From Candidatus Omnitrophota bacterium (GTDB lineage: Bacteria; Omnitrophota; Gorgyraeia; Zapsychrales; Fredricksoniimonadaceae), in NCBI GenBank assembly GCA_028870995.1, contig JAGWOI010000010.1:1775-65774 (forward strand): a stretch of 64,000 nucleotides of DNA. Direction: 5' to 3'. The notes beneath the pieces were generated by a model. It made no database searches and had not been told where the DNA came from. It was given only the letters and a program-made list of their open reading frames with translations. Numbering within the stretch: position 1 is the first letter of the stretch; each line of letters begins with the position of its first letter. Both the position numbers and the translations under genes were made by a program. Below, one piece after another: positions 20,888 through 29,947 of the stretch.

Positions 20888-21241
20888 ATGTTAATTGAAG
20901 TTTTGAAATCCAAAATAAGCCATGCCACCATCACCCAGGCGGAATTGCATTACGAAGGCAGCATCACCATCGATTCCGATCTCCTCAAAGCCGCGGGGAT
21001 CATTCCGGGGGAAAAGGTGCATGTGCTTAACGAAAGTTCCGGTCACCGGCTGGAAACCTATGTCATTGCCGGCAATCCCGATTCCGGCGTTATTTGTTTA
21101 AACGGGCCCGCCGCCCGGCATGGTTATGTCGGCGACCGGTTGATCATTTTAAGTTACGCGTTGGCGGAGGCCGAGGAAGCCAGGCGCCTTCAACCTAAAA
21201 TCGTTCATCTTGGCCCTACCAATAAAATCAAAAAATCTTAA
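20888..21241 (+). CDS. panD: Aspartate 1-decarboxylase
   Basis: LKSKI..AT; YEGSITID self-cleavage site; ETYVI; LNGPAAR. Confidence 0.96.
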   Translation: MLIEVLKSKISHATITQAELHYEGSITIDSDLLKAAGIIPGEKVHVLNESSGHRLETYVIAGNPDSGVICLNGPAARHGYVGDRLIILSYALAEAEEARRLQPKIVHLGPTNKIKKS

Positions 21242-21244
21242 TTT

Positions 21245-21781
21245 ATGTCTTATGGTCCTTTAAAAGTCAGGATTTACGGCGATCCCTGCCTGGTGGCAAA
21301 ATCAAAGCCGGTCAAGGAGGTCGGTCCGGTTGAGCGCATGCTGATCGCGGCCATGTTCGAGACCATGGCGGCCTGCAAAGGGGTGGGCCTGGCCGCGCCT
21401 CAGGTGGGCATCAACGAGCAAATTTTTGTGGTGGATACGGGCAAGGTGGTCATGGCTGTCGTCAATCCCAAGATCGTCAAATCAGCGGGGAGCGAACTCA
21501 TGGAAGAAGGGTGCTTAAGCATTCCCCGGGTCCTGGTGGATGTCAAGCGCGCCAAAGCCGTCTGGGTGGAGTATACTGACGTCGAGAACCGTCGGGTCAA
21601 AGCCCAGTTAAACGGGCTTTTGGCCAGGGTCTTCCAGCATGAATACGACCATTTGCAGGGGAAATTGATCCTGGATTATTTAAATCCCAAGGACCGGACC
21701 AAGGTGTTGTCGCAATGGAAGAACGGCTCCTACACCGGCAAGGTTTTAGGTGAGAACGATGATTACCGAACAAAAATTTGA
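21245..21781 (+). CDS. def: Peptide deformylase
   Basis: GVGLAAPQVG; EGCLSIP; QHEYDHL. Confidence 0.96.
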   Translation: MSYGPLKVRIYGDPCLVAKSKPVKEVGPVERMLIAAMFETMAACKGVGLAAPQVGINEQIFVVDTGKVVMAVVNPKIVKSAGSELMEEGCLSIPRVLVDVKRAKAVWVEYTDVENRRVKAQLNGLLARVFQHEYDHLQGKLILDYLNPKDRTKVLSQWKNGSYTGKVLGENDDYRTKI

Positions 21782-22673
21782 TTCCGGTCTGGTCAAGCTG
21801 CCTGCCTGGTTTAAACAGGAAGTGCCGGACATGGACAAGATCCGGAACATGAAGGCGCTTTTCAGGACCGGCCGCCTTCATACGGTTTGCGAGAGCGCGC
21901 ATTGTCCCAATATGGGATCCTGTTGGAAGGAGGGGGTGGCGACCTTCATGATCTTAGGGGGGACCTGCACCCGGGCCTGCCGTTTTTGTTCGGTGCCTGC
22001 CGGACGCCCAGACTTGATCGATGCCGAGGAACCGCAAAGTGTGGCGCTGTCAGTCAAGGAGTTGGGGCTCCGTTATGTGGTGATCACCTCCGTGGCCCGC
22101 GACGACGTCGAGGATGAAGGCGCCGGCCAATTCGCCAAGACCATCGCCGCCATCCGCGCCATGACACCGGAGGTCAAGATCGAAGTTTTGATCCCGGATT
22201 TCAGCGCCCGCCAAGAACCCCTGAAGGTGTTAAGCCAGGCGGCGCCTGAAGTGATCGCCCACAATATCGAAACCGTCCGGCGCCTGAGCCCCGCCGTCCG
22301 GCCGCAGGCCCAGCACGACCGTTCCCTGCAGGTGCTGCACGCCTTTCGCCAATTAAATCCCAACAGTTTTATCAAATCATCCTTAATGGTGGGCTTGGGC
22401 GAAACCGGTGAAGAGATCACGGGCGTGATGCGTGAGCTTTTGGACGCCGGCTGCCAGATCCTGACGATCGGCCAATACCTGGCGCCTAGTCGCGGCAAAC
22501 GTCATTTTCCCGTCAAGAAATTTTACAGCCCCCAGGAATTCGAGCATTACCGGCACAAAGGGTTGGATATGGGGTTCCTTTATGTGGAAAGCGGCCCGCT
22601 GGTGCGCAGTTCCTATATTGCGGAACGCGGGTTCCAGGGGGCCTTGACGGCCCTGAAAGGCTATCGCCCATGA
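21750..22673 (+). CDS. lipA: Lipoyl synthase
   Basis: CESAHCPNMGSC; CTRACRFC; VRSSY. Confidence 0.96.
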   Translation: MRTMITEQKFDSGLVKLPAWFKQEVPDMDKIRNMKALFRTGRLHTVCESAHCPNMGSCWKEGVATFMILGGTCTRACRFCSVPAGRPDLIDAEEPQSVALSVKELGLRYVVITSVARDDVEDEGAGQFAKTIAAIRAMTPEVKIEVLIPDFSARQEPLKVLSQAAPEVIAHNIETVRRLSPAVRPQAQHDRSLQVLHAFRQLNPNSFIKSSLMVGLGETGEEITGVMRELLDAGCQILTIGQYLAPSRGKRHFPVKKFYSPQEFEHYRHKGLDMGFLYVESGPLVRSSYIAERGFQGALTALKGYRP

Positions 22674-23668
22674 CGGAGAAATCCAAACACAGGAGCATTT
22701 TTACCACTGTCCTTCCTTTCGTTTTAAGCTTGGGGCTCTTGACCTGGCTTTTCATGACCATCGATTACAAGCATATCTGGCAGGCCGTCAAGGGCGCGGA
22801 TATGCGTTACCTGGCCGCAGCCGGGATCATTTTCTTTTTGATCAATTTTTTGATCGTCTGGCGGTGGCGGATCCTCATGAAGGCCCTGGGGCTTAAACCC
22901 GGGAATCTTTCAAGCATACGGTGGTTCTTCTTGTCTCAGTTTTGCGGATTGGCGCCGATTTCCACCGTCGGAAGCGATGTGATCCGCGGGCTGGGGCTGG
23001 CCCAGGAGACCGGGCATAAACCAAAGATGTTCGCCTCGATCGTCCTGGACCGTCTGTCAGGCTTCGCCGGCATCGTCATTCTGGCTGTCGGCGCCTACCT
23101 TATGGGCCATGGCATTATCAGCAATAAACTGGTCATCGGCGCCATTGCGGCCTTGAGCCTCATTTCGGCTGCTTTTGCGGTCGTGCTTTTCAGCCGGCGT
23201 ATTTTTGCTTTTGCCTGCGAGGCCTTCCACGCCTGGCCGAAGGTCAGGGAGAATCTGATGAGAATGCATCATGACATCATCCTTTTAAGGGGCAAACAGG
23301 TCAAAGGCTGGGAGGCTATTTCCATTTCCATTTTCGCGCAAATCGTGCTGGCTGTGGAGTTTTATCTGACCGCTAAGGGCATGCATATGAATGTGCCCCT
23401 GGTTTATTTCATTATTTTTTCCCCGATTGTCTGTGTGGTGACATCCCTGCCTTCCATCGGGGGTTTAGGCTTCAGGGAGATCGGCTGGGTGTACCTGCTG
23501 CCTTTGGTGGGGGTGTCCAAGGAAATGGCGGGCGGTTTAAGCCTTGTTAATTCCGCCTTCAATATCCTCAACGGACTTTTATGCGGGCTGTTCTATGTCA
23601 CTACATTATCTTCTGGACGGATACAATGTTCTCAAGCAGAGGCCGTCCTTAAGCAATCTTCCTCTTGA
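22670..23668 (+). CDS. Lysylphosphatidylglycerol synthase-like TM protein (flippase-like)
   Basis: RWRIL; GSDVIR; DRLSG; SIGGLGFRE. Confidence 0.85.
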   Translation: MTEKSKHRSIFTTVLPFVLSLGLLTWLFMTIDYKHIWQAVKGADMRYLAAAGIIFFLINFLIVWRWRILMKALGLKPGNLSSIRWFFLSQFCGLAPISTVGSDVIRGLGLAQETGHKPKMFASIVLDRLSGFAGIVILAVGAYLMGHGIISNKLVIGAIAALSLISAAFAVVLFSRRIFAFACEAFHAWPKVRENLMRMHHDIILLRGKQVKGWEAISISIFAQIVLAVEFYLTAKGMHMNVPLVYFIIFSPIVCVVTSLPSIGGLGFREIGWVYLLPLVGVSKEMAGGLSLVNSAFNILNGLLCGLFYVTTLSSGRIQCSQAEAVLKQSSS

Positions 23669-24083
23669 AGAGGGCCGCATCCGGCTTTTAAAGTGGATCG
23701 AGGCCGCGCGGCCGCATGGCAGTGCGAATAATGCAGTGACCGTGGTCTTCGACGGGAACCCGGAGCATTTCAGCGCCGCACCCCAGGGAGACGTGCGGGT
23801 GATATTTGCGCCTGGATCGGCGGATGAGGCCATCAAGCGCATGGTCGAGGAAGACCAGGAGCGGAAAAATTGCGTGGTTGTTTCCGATGACAAGGAGATC
23901 TTCCTTTACGCGCGTTCCTTGGGTGCCCAGGTGATGCACGTGGCGGCCTTTGTCGGCAAAGGGGACGGCTGCCATGGAGGTAAAAAGCATCCCCCGGCGG
24001 ATTCCGGCGGGAAGTATATCCCCTTAACGCGGCAGGAGAATATCAACAAAGAATTGCGCCGCCTTTGGTTGAAAGAACAATAA
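23595..24083 (+). CDS. NYN domain (YacP-like) nuclease
   Basis: YLLDGYNV; VVFDG; SADEAI; VVSDDKE. Confidence 0.88.
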   Translation: MSLHYLLDGYNVLKQRPSLSNLPLEEGRIRLLKWIEAARPHGSANNAVTVVFDGNPEHFSAAPQGDVRVIFAPGSADEAIKRMVEEDQERKNCVVVSDDKEIFLYARSLGAQVMHVAAFVGKGDGCHGGKKHPPADSGGKYIPLTRQENINKELRRLWLKEQ

Positions 24084-24856
24084 TGACCGCCCGCTTGCTT
24101 AAAAGCATTTATGAACACCTGCACAGCCTCGGCGAGGCCATATTCTTTTTAAGGGAGATCCTGTATTTGACCGTCCGCGGCCGGGTGCGCTGGCAGGAGG
24201 TGTGGGCGCAGGTGTATGAACAGGGGGTTGGGTCGATCATCATTGTCATGCTCACCTCCTTGGCCACGGGCACGGTCCTGGGATTGCAGGGCCTTATCAC
24301 CCTGCAGCGTTTCGGCGCCAAGGAGTTTATCGCAAGGTTAGTGGCTTTGTCCCTGGTCCGCGAACTGGGCCCGGTTTTTACCGCGCTTATTTTTTCCGGC
24401 AAAGCCGGGGCAGGCATCACGGCGGAGTTGGGCACGATGAGTACGAACGACCAGATTTTGGCCACCCGCGCCATGGGAGTCGATCCTTTGGAGTTTCTGG
24501 TGGTGCCGCGGTTTTTGGCCTGTTTTCTGGCATTGCCGATATTGGTCATCATTTCCGAATTCTTGGGAATTGCCGGCGGGTATATGATCGCCGTGACCCA
24601 GGCACACACGACGGGCGAATTCTACATTCACGAAACTCTTCAGGCCGTGGGTTATGTGGATTTTTTCAGCGGCTTCATCAAGGTCTTTTTCTTTGCCGTC
24701 ATCATCGGCTGGATCTGCTGTTATCAGGGGTTTTTTACCAGGGGCGGGGCAACGGGGGTGGGCCGCTTCACCACCAAGGCCGTGGCGTATTCGTACATCG
24801 CCGTGATTGTTTCCAATGCGGTGTTGACCAAAATCATCCTAACATTTTGGGGGTAA
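24083..24856 (+). CDS. mlaE: MlaE family ABC permease
   Basis: VRELGPV; AELGTM; MGVDP..FLVVPR; GGATGVG. Confidence 0.93.
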   Translation: MTARLLKSIYEHLHSLGEAIFFLREILYLTVRGRVRWQEVWAQVYEQGVGSIIIVMLTSLATGTVLGLQGLITLQRFGAKEFIARLVALSLVRELGPVFTALIFSGKAGAGITAELGTMSTNDQILATRAMGVDPLEFLVVPRFLACFLALPILVIISEFLGIAGGYMIAVTQAHTTGEFYIHETLQAVGYVDFFSGFIKVFFFAVIIGWICCYQGFFTRGGATGVGRFTTKAVAYSYIAVIVSNAVLTKIILTFWG

Positions 24857-24860
24857 ATTT

Positions 24861-25205
24861 ATGAGTCAAGGATGCCTTAAAATGGGGCTGTGGCTGGTAT
24901 TGGCGGCAGGTGTGGCGGGATGCGCATCGATGGCTCCCCAAAACAGCGGGCAGTTGCAGAGTTATCCGTCCCCTCTCATCGAGGCAGAGTGGATACGTAA
25001 CGGCGAACCCATCCAATTCGAGGGGGACAAATGGTATCCGGTCAATGATTATGAAGTGTTCAGCGATCCGGAAGTCTATCAGGTGGGCGAATACAGGGAC
25101 GTGCAGATCTTTGTGGCGAAGATCGATACGAAACCGTACAAGCGTATTTATACCAAATTTGATAAGAATAAGTTCCGGTATTGGGAGCCTCGGGACGATG
25201 ATTAA
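24861..25205 (+). CDS. Hypothetical lipoprotein inside the mla operon
   Basis: Lipobox VAG|C; tight coupling to both neighbours. Confidence 0.75.
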   Translation: MSQGCLKMGLWLVLAAGVAGCASMAPQNSGQLQSYPSPLIEAEWIRNGEPIQFEGDKWYPVNDYEVFSDPEVYQVGEYRDVQIFVAKIDTKPYKRIYTKFDKNKFRYWEPRDDD

Positions 25206-25926
25206 AGTGGAAGGTTTGTATAAGACCCTGGGAGACCAGCCGGTGCTGGAAAACATCAATTTGGATGTCAACCAGGGGGAAATCGTTGCGGTGCTGGGCT
25301 TAAGCGGCGCGGGGAAGACCGTGCTTTTGAAACATTTGATCGGCCTGGTCCAGCCGGACAAAGGCCGCGTCATTGTCAACGGCGTGGATTTTACCAGTTT
25401 AAGCGAGGAGGAGATGCTGAAGGTGCGCTGCGAAATGGGCTATCTGTTCCAGGAGGGCGCCCTGTACGATTTTATGGATGTGTACGACAATGTGGCTTTT
25501 CCCTTGAAGGAACATACCGGACTAAAGGCCGCCGAAATCTCCGCGCGGGTGCGTGAGGTCTTGAAACTGGTCGACCTGGAGGGTGTGGAAGCCAAAATGC
25601 CAAGCGAGTTGAGCGGCGGCATGAAAAAAAGGGTCGGCCTGGCCCGTGCCATTGTCCTGGGGGCCAAGGTGCTCTTGTGCGACGAGCCGACTTCAGGCCT
25701 GGATCCTATCCGCAGCCGTGACATATCGGATTTGATCCGTCACGTCTCCCGGCAGATAGGTTCAGCCACCGTCTTGACATCCCATGATGTGGGCAATTCA
25801 TTCCGCATTGCCAACCGGCTGCTTATTATCAACGACTGCCGGATCGCGGCCGAAGGGACGGCCCGACAGTTAAAGGAATCCAAGGAACCATTTGTACAGG
25901 AATTTTTGCAGGCAGCGACTTCATAA
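25198..25926 (+). CDS. mlaF: MlaF family ABC ATPase
   Basis: GLSGAGKT; LSGGMKKRV; CDEPTSGLDP. Confidence 0.93.
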   Translation: MIKVEGLYKTLGDQPVLENINLDVNQGEIVAVLGLSGAGKTVLLKHLIGLVQPDKGRVIVNGVDFTSLSEEEMLKVRCEMGYLFQEGALYDFMDVYDNVAFPLKEHTGLKAAEISARVREVLKLVDLEGVEAKMPSELSGGMKKRVGLARAIVLGAKVLLCDEPTSGLDPIRSRDISDLIRHVSRQIGSATVLTSHDVGNSFRIANRLLIINDCRIAAEGTARQLKESKEPFVQEFLQAATS

Positions 25927-25956
25927 ATGCCGCCGCAAGCCGGCGCAGGGAGGGCT

Positions 25957-26556
25957 ATGGAGAAACACAACGGTGAAAATGCTAAAAGATTAGGGGCGGC
26001 TTTATTTTTTATCGCTGGCCTGGCCTTGATCGCGGTCAGCGTCTTTGTGATCGGGATCGACCGCGGCTTGACCCAGCCGAAGTTCCAGGTCATTGTCCTT
26101 TTTAATCAGGTCGGCGGCCTGGTCGAAGGCTCTCCCATCCGCATTTCGGGGGTGAATGTGGGGGTGGTCGGTGCGGTTGATTTTCTGAGCCAGCCCGTTG
26201 AAGGCCGCAGCCTGAAGGTGCGCATGGACATCTATAAAAAGTATGAATTACAGTTCCGCAAATGTTCCAGGGTCAGCATACGGACCGAAGGTGTGCTGGG
26301 CCAAAAATTGATCGAGATCAGTGAGGACCACTCGCTTAAACCGTTTGACTTAAGGGCCCCCATCATCGGCCAGGACCCCCTGGATGTGGAAGACATGGCG
26401 GCGGTCATCACCAGGACCGCCATCTCCCTGCAGGGCACCAGCCAGAGCGTCCAGGGGATGCTGCATGATTGGAGGGATGTTTCCTATAAAACCAAGTCGA
26501 TTCTCAACCGGGTCAATCAACGTTTGATGGAAGGCAGCTTATTTAAAGTTTTCTAG
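25957..26556 (+). CDS. mlaD: MlaD/MCE family protein
   Basis: N-terminal TM; VGGLVEGSPIRISGVNVG; TEGVLGQK. Confidence 0.9.
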   Translation: MEKHNGENAKRLGAALFFIAGLALIAVSVFVIGIDRGLTQPKFQVIVLFNQVGGLVEGSPIRISGVNVGVVGAVDFLSQPVEGRSLKVRMDIYKKYELQFRKCSRVSIRTEGVLGQKLIEISEDHSLKPFDLRAPIIGQDPLDVEDMAAVITRTAISLQGTSQSVQGMLHDWRDVSYKTKSILNRVNQRLMEGSLFKVF

Positions 26557-26572
26557 CATTAAGGAGGCGGTC

Positions 26573-26866
26573 ATGTTTGTATTAGGTAATTTTATAGACG
26601 GTTTGGCGTATGTCATCAATATCGTGCTGAACGTCATGATGGTCCTGATTTTTGTCCGCGCCATCATCAGCTGGTTTAATCCGGATCCTTTTAACCCCAT
26701 TTACCAGTTTTTGCAACGCACCACCGAGCCGGTGCTGGAGCCGATCCGGCGCCTGCTGCCGGCCATGCCTATTGATATCTCGCCCATCATCGCGTTTTTT
26801 GTCATTAGGTTTTTACAGATATTTTTGGTGTCAAGCCTGTATGGTCTTGCCTATAGGCTGCAATGA
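26573..26866 (+). CDS. YggT family membrane protein
   Basis: ISWFNPDPFNP; TEPVLEPIRR; DISP. Confidence 0.92.
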   Translation: MFVLGNFIDGLAYVINIVLNVMMVLIFVRAIISWFNPDPFNPIYQFLQRTTEPVLEPIRRLLPAMPIDISPIIAFFVIRFLQIFLVSSLYGLAYRLQ

Positions 26867-26966
26867 CCGGAGTCGGGCAGGTTAGTGCTTGCCAAAAGAT
26901 AAAAGTTAGGGTATAAAGTATTTTCTAAAGGTTATAAATAATATGTACTCTGAATGAGGTGGAATT

Positions 26967-27263
26967 ATGTTGGATCAAGTTAAAAAGCTGATGGAGATGA
27001 AAAAGCAGGCGGACCTGCTCAAAAAGGAGCTGGAAGCCACTGTTATTGAAGTGCAGGAAACCCGCGGCATAAAGCTTGTGGTCAATGGGGCGCAGCTATT
27101 CCAATCCCTGGAGATTGATGAAAGCCTTTTGACGCCGGCCAATAAGAACCGCATCCAGATGGACCTTATAAAAAACTTGAATACCGCCATCAAGCGTTCT
27201 CAACAGGCGGCGGCCAATAAAATGAAGAATATGCCTGGGTTTAATTTACCGGGTTTATCCTAA
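26967..27263 (+). CDS. YbaB/EbfC family nucleoid-associated protein
   Basis: Coiled N-terminus; V.G...(L)EID..LL; DLI...N.A pattern. Confidence 0.8.
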   Translation: MLDQVKKLMEMKKQADLLKKELEATVIEVQETRGIKLVVNGAQLFQSLEIDESLLTPANKNRIQMDLIKNLNTAIKRSQQAAANKMKNMPGFNLPGLS

Positions 27264-27284
27264 AATCAAGGAAAGGAAAAAGCA

Positions 27285-27515
27285 ATGCCTTATGATCAAT
27301 CGTTAGACGTGTCATCGTTCAAGGAAGTCATCGACTTTCAAAATACCCGCATCAGTGTGGGGGTCTACTCCTATAATGGGGCACCCAAGAAGCTGCAGAT
27401 CACCCGCGAAAACCAGATCGATGGTCAATGGAGCTTCACCAAGTTAGGCCGTTTGAGCAAGGAAGAAGCCCAGGCCGTTGTTCCCATCATGATGAAGGCC
27501 ATCGAGGCGATGTAA
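27285..27515 (+). CDS. Small hypothetical protein, possibly PC4/YdbC-like fold
   Basis: Good RBS; beta-rich SVGVYSYNG..KLQITR followed by LSKEEA helix. Confidence 0.75.
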   Translation: MPYDQSLDVSSFKEVIDFQNTRISVGVYSYNGAPKKLQITRENQIDGQWSFTKLGRLSKEEAQAVVPIMMKAIEAM

Positions 27516-27516
27516 T

Positions 27517-27993
27517 ATGGGAAATGAAGTTTATTTGACCAAGGCGGGGTTCCAAAAACTCCAGACCCAGTTGGAAAATCTTAAATCCGTCGAGCGTCAG
27601 AAAATCGCCAAAGCCATCGGCGAGGCCCGCGCCCAGGGCGATATTTCCGAGAACGCGGAATATGACGCGGCCAAGGAGGCCCAGGCGCATAATGAGGCCC
27701 GCATTGCCGAGTTGGAAGGCAAATTGGCCAATGTCCGCATAATCGAGAACGAAAATATCCCGGCGGACAAGATCTTCATCGGCGCCATCGTCACCATGGA
27801 AGACCTGGACAACGACGAAGAGTTGACCTACATGCTGGTTTCCCCCGAAGAGGCTAATTACGAGGAGAACAAGATCTCCATCCACTCGCCCATCGGTAAA
27901 GGTCTTTTGGGTCACAAGGCAGGAGAGACCCTGGAGATCAAGGTCCCGGCAGGCGTGTTGAAGTACAAGATCAAAACGATCAAGCGTCCTTAA
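27517..27993 (+). CDS. greA: Transcription elongation factor GreA
   Basis: AQGDISENAEYDAAKE; ISIHSPIGKGLLG. Confidence 0.97.
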   Translation: MGNEVYLTKAGFQKLQTQLENLKSVERQKIAKAIGEARAQGDISENAEYDAAKEAQAHNEARIAELEGKLANVRIIENENIPADKIFIGAIVTMEDLDNDEELTYMLVSPEEANYEENKISIHSPIGKGLLGHKAGETLEIKVPAGVLKYKIKTIKRP

Positions 27994-29269
27994 GCCCGGC
28001 AGCAATCCACAGGACGATCGTGGGCAACAGGGCAAAGAGGATGCGCGACAGGGTGGTTGACAGCCACCAGACTATTTCAAAATAGGTGTTCACCGCGTAG
28101 TAGGCCAGCACAACCCCCAAATAAAGAATCAGGGTTAAACCGATAACCCCTAAGGCCTGGCACCATAATTTCTTCCCGGCCAATAAGATCCCCCCGGCCG
28201 CTAATAACCAAAATCCGGCCCATTTAGCTGATATGAATTCGAACCAGGGATAAACTGCGATTGTCTCCAGCCTGGGCCAAGTTGTCGGTTTTTGTGCCGA
28301 CAGAAGGCCGTTGACAAAGGCTTCGTTTTTGGGAGCGAAGAACAATTTGAACAGCAGCGTCGGCAGGGCGGCCAGGCAGAAAGCGGTTATAAAAGCTTTT
28401 AAATTTTTTTTGTCTTTGCGTTGATGCCAAAAAATAAGCAGGGCGGCGATCACCGAGGCCACCATCCCCTCGTCCTTGGCAAAGCTCATCAGTCCTAAAA
28501 AGATCAGACTTAATATTTTTAATTTGGGTTCTTTGCATTTTTCAGATAAAAGCAGGCATAAAAAGGCGGACAGCAGATAAAGGCCCAGAAGGCTGTCGCT
28601 GTACTGGCTGGTGTAAAGCGTGATGTCGATCGGCAGGGCCATGATGACCGCGACCGCCAGCAGGCCGGCGGCGAGTTGGCCGGTCAGTTCCATCAGTCCC
28701 AACAGCAGAACGCCGGCGGTCAAGAGGGCAATGACAACACTGTTGAGCATGGGAACTGCCTGGTCAAAGCGGCCGCTTAAATCCCAGAACCAGACATTGA
28801 TCAAGGGCCAAAGCAGGGGGTATTGGGTGTTGCTGCGCCAAAACTGGGGGCTAAGCATGTCCTTCCAGTTTTCATGGCCCAGAAAGATGAACTTGGCCTT
28901 CAGGTTCCAGCAGGACCAGGCATCCCAGCCGCCCAGGGGATAGTAATGAGCGCTGACAGCCAGAGGAACGGCCAGGACGATCAGCCCCAAGAGACCCCAG
29001 GCATGCTGTTTTGTCAGTTTAAATCGGGGCATGGAAAAAGGTTTTATAAAAAACAGAACAACAGCTGACGCAAGGACAAGGCCGACGGGGATGAAGCGGT
29101 TGAATTGATTAAAAAGGATATGGACATAAAAAGCACAGGTTCCGTCGATCCCAAGCCCCAGTCCCAAAGCCAAAAAGAATTGCAGCACAGGGTCAAGCCG
29201 TGCGGCCATGCGGCGGATAACAAGGAAACCGGCTGCCAAACTGATAATGATGCCGATCCAATACGTCAT
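27980..29269 (-). CDS. Polytopic membrane protein, GT-C-like glycosyltransferase
   Basis: Many TM segments; WDAW..W..KAK; YPLLWP; K.EG motif. Confidence 0.7.
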   Translation of the reverse strand: MTYWIGIIISLAAGFLVIRRMAARLDPVLQFFLALGLGLGIDGTCAFYVHILFNQFNRFIPVGLVLASAVVLFFIKPFSMPRFKLTKQHAWGLLGLIVLAVPLAVSAHYYPLGGWDAWSCWNLKAKFIFLGHENWKDMLSPQFWRSNTQYPLLWPLINVWFWDLSGRFDQAVPMLNSVVIALLTAGVLLLGLMELTGQLAAGLLAVAVIMALPIDITLYTSQYSDSLLGLYLLSAFLCLLLSEKCKEPKLKILSLIFLGLMSFAKDEGMVASVIAALLIFWHQRKDKKNLKAFITAFCLAALPTLLFKLFFAPKNEAFVNGLLSAQKPTTWPRLETIAVYPWFEFISAKWAGFWLLAAGGILLAGKKLWCQALGVIGLTLILYLGVVLAYYAVNTYFEIVWWLSTTLSRILFALLPTIVLWIAAGLKDA

Positions 29270-29679
29270 TCGATACCCTTAGGGTTATAGGCCAGGATGA
29301 TGCCGTTATGTGCTTTCATAGGAACCAGCCCCAGGCGCTTAATGGCTTCCAGGGCTATTTGGGGACTGGTGCAATCAAAAATATCCCAGCGCCATTGGGT
29401 ATGGTTAAGGTCCAGGACTGTGGGCACCAGCATATATTGAGCTTGTTCAAATTGGGCAACCGCCAGCGGCTGTTTCAAATCTTTATTGGTATAGTAGCCG
29501 ACGGTATGGATATCCTTAAAGACATTCTCCAATCCGATGAATTGAAATCCCAGGCTATGAAGGGGAATGGAGGTGCGGTCCTGGATCTGGAAAACAGCCC
29601 GGGCGTAAGCCGTAAAAATATCGAAGGCTGCGATCAGCCCCAAAGCTACCAAAAGAGTGATTTTTAAGTTCCGGCGCAA
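29266..29679 (-). CDS. Hypothetical membrane-anchored protein
   Basis: N-terminal TM; AQY.L.P..L motif; overlaps the downstream gene start; TTG start at 29679 after AGGGA (ORF track start 29727). Confidence 0.65.
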   Translation of the reverse strand: MRRNLKITLLVALGLIAAFDIFTAYARAVFQIQDRTSIPLHSLGFQFIGLENVFKDIHTVGYYTNKDLKQPLAVAQFEQAQYMLVPTVLDLNHTQWRWDIFDCTSPQIALEAIKRLGLVPMKAHNGIILAYNPKGIE

Positions 29680-29911
29680 TATTCCCTGTTTCTTGCTTGT
29701 CGTAAGGTTTGTTGAAAACGCGTCCAAGAATTTTAACCTAATTTCAACAAATCCCCAAAGAAAAACTTTGGGTTTTAGGGTGATTTCAGTATAATGGGTT
29801 GAAATTCGAACGAAGGCCGCTTTGAATTTATTAATTTATAAAGCAGGGGGCATTAAATGATTTCAGTCGGGGTGATCGGTTGCGGGCAATATTCCCTATT
29901 TCTTGCTCGTC
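29676..29911. repeat. 26-bp imperfect direct repeat (29676-29701 and 29886-29911)
   Basis: gcaatattccctgtttcttgcttgtc vs gcaatattccctatttcttgctcgtc, 24/26 identical. Confidence 0.9.
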
Positions 29912-29919
29912 AATGGTAA
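29857..29919 (+). pseudogene. 20-aa uORF / remnant duplicating the N-terminus of the downstream oxidoreductase
   Basis: MISVGVIGCGQYSLFLARQW* with AGGGGG RBS, vs downstream (M)ISIGVIGCGHWG. Confidence 0.75.
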
Positions 29920-29947
29920 CTTCGAGTACGGAACGGGAGGGTTCAAA

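Noticed and set aside
24910-25197. N-terminal extension of MlaF in the ORF track
   Set aside because: It overlaps the lipoprotein gene in another frame; the ABC domain starts at ATG 25198.
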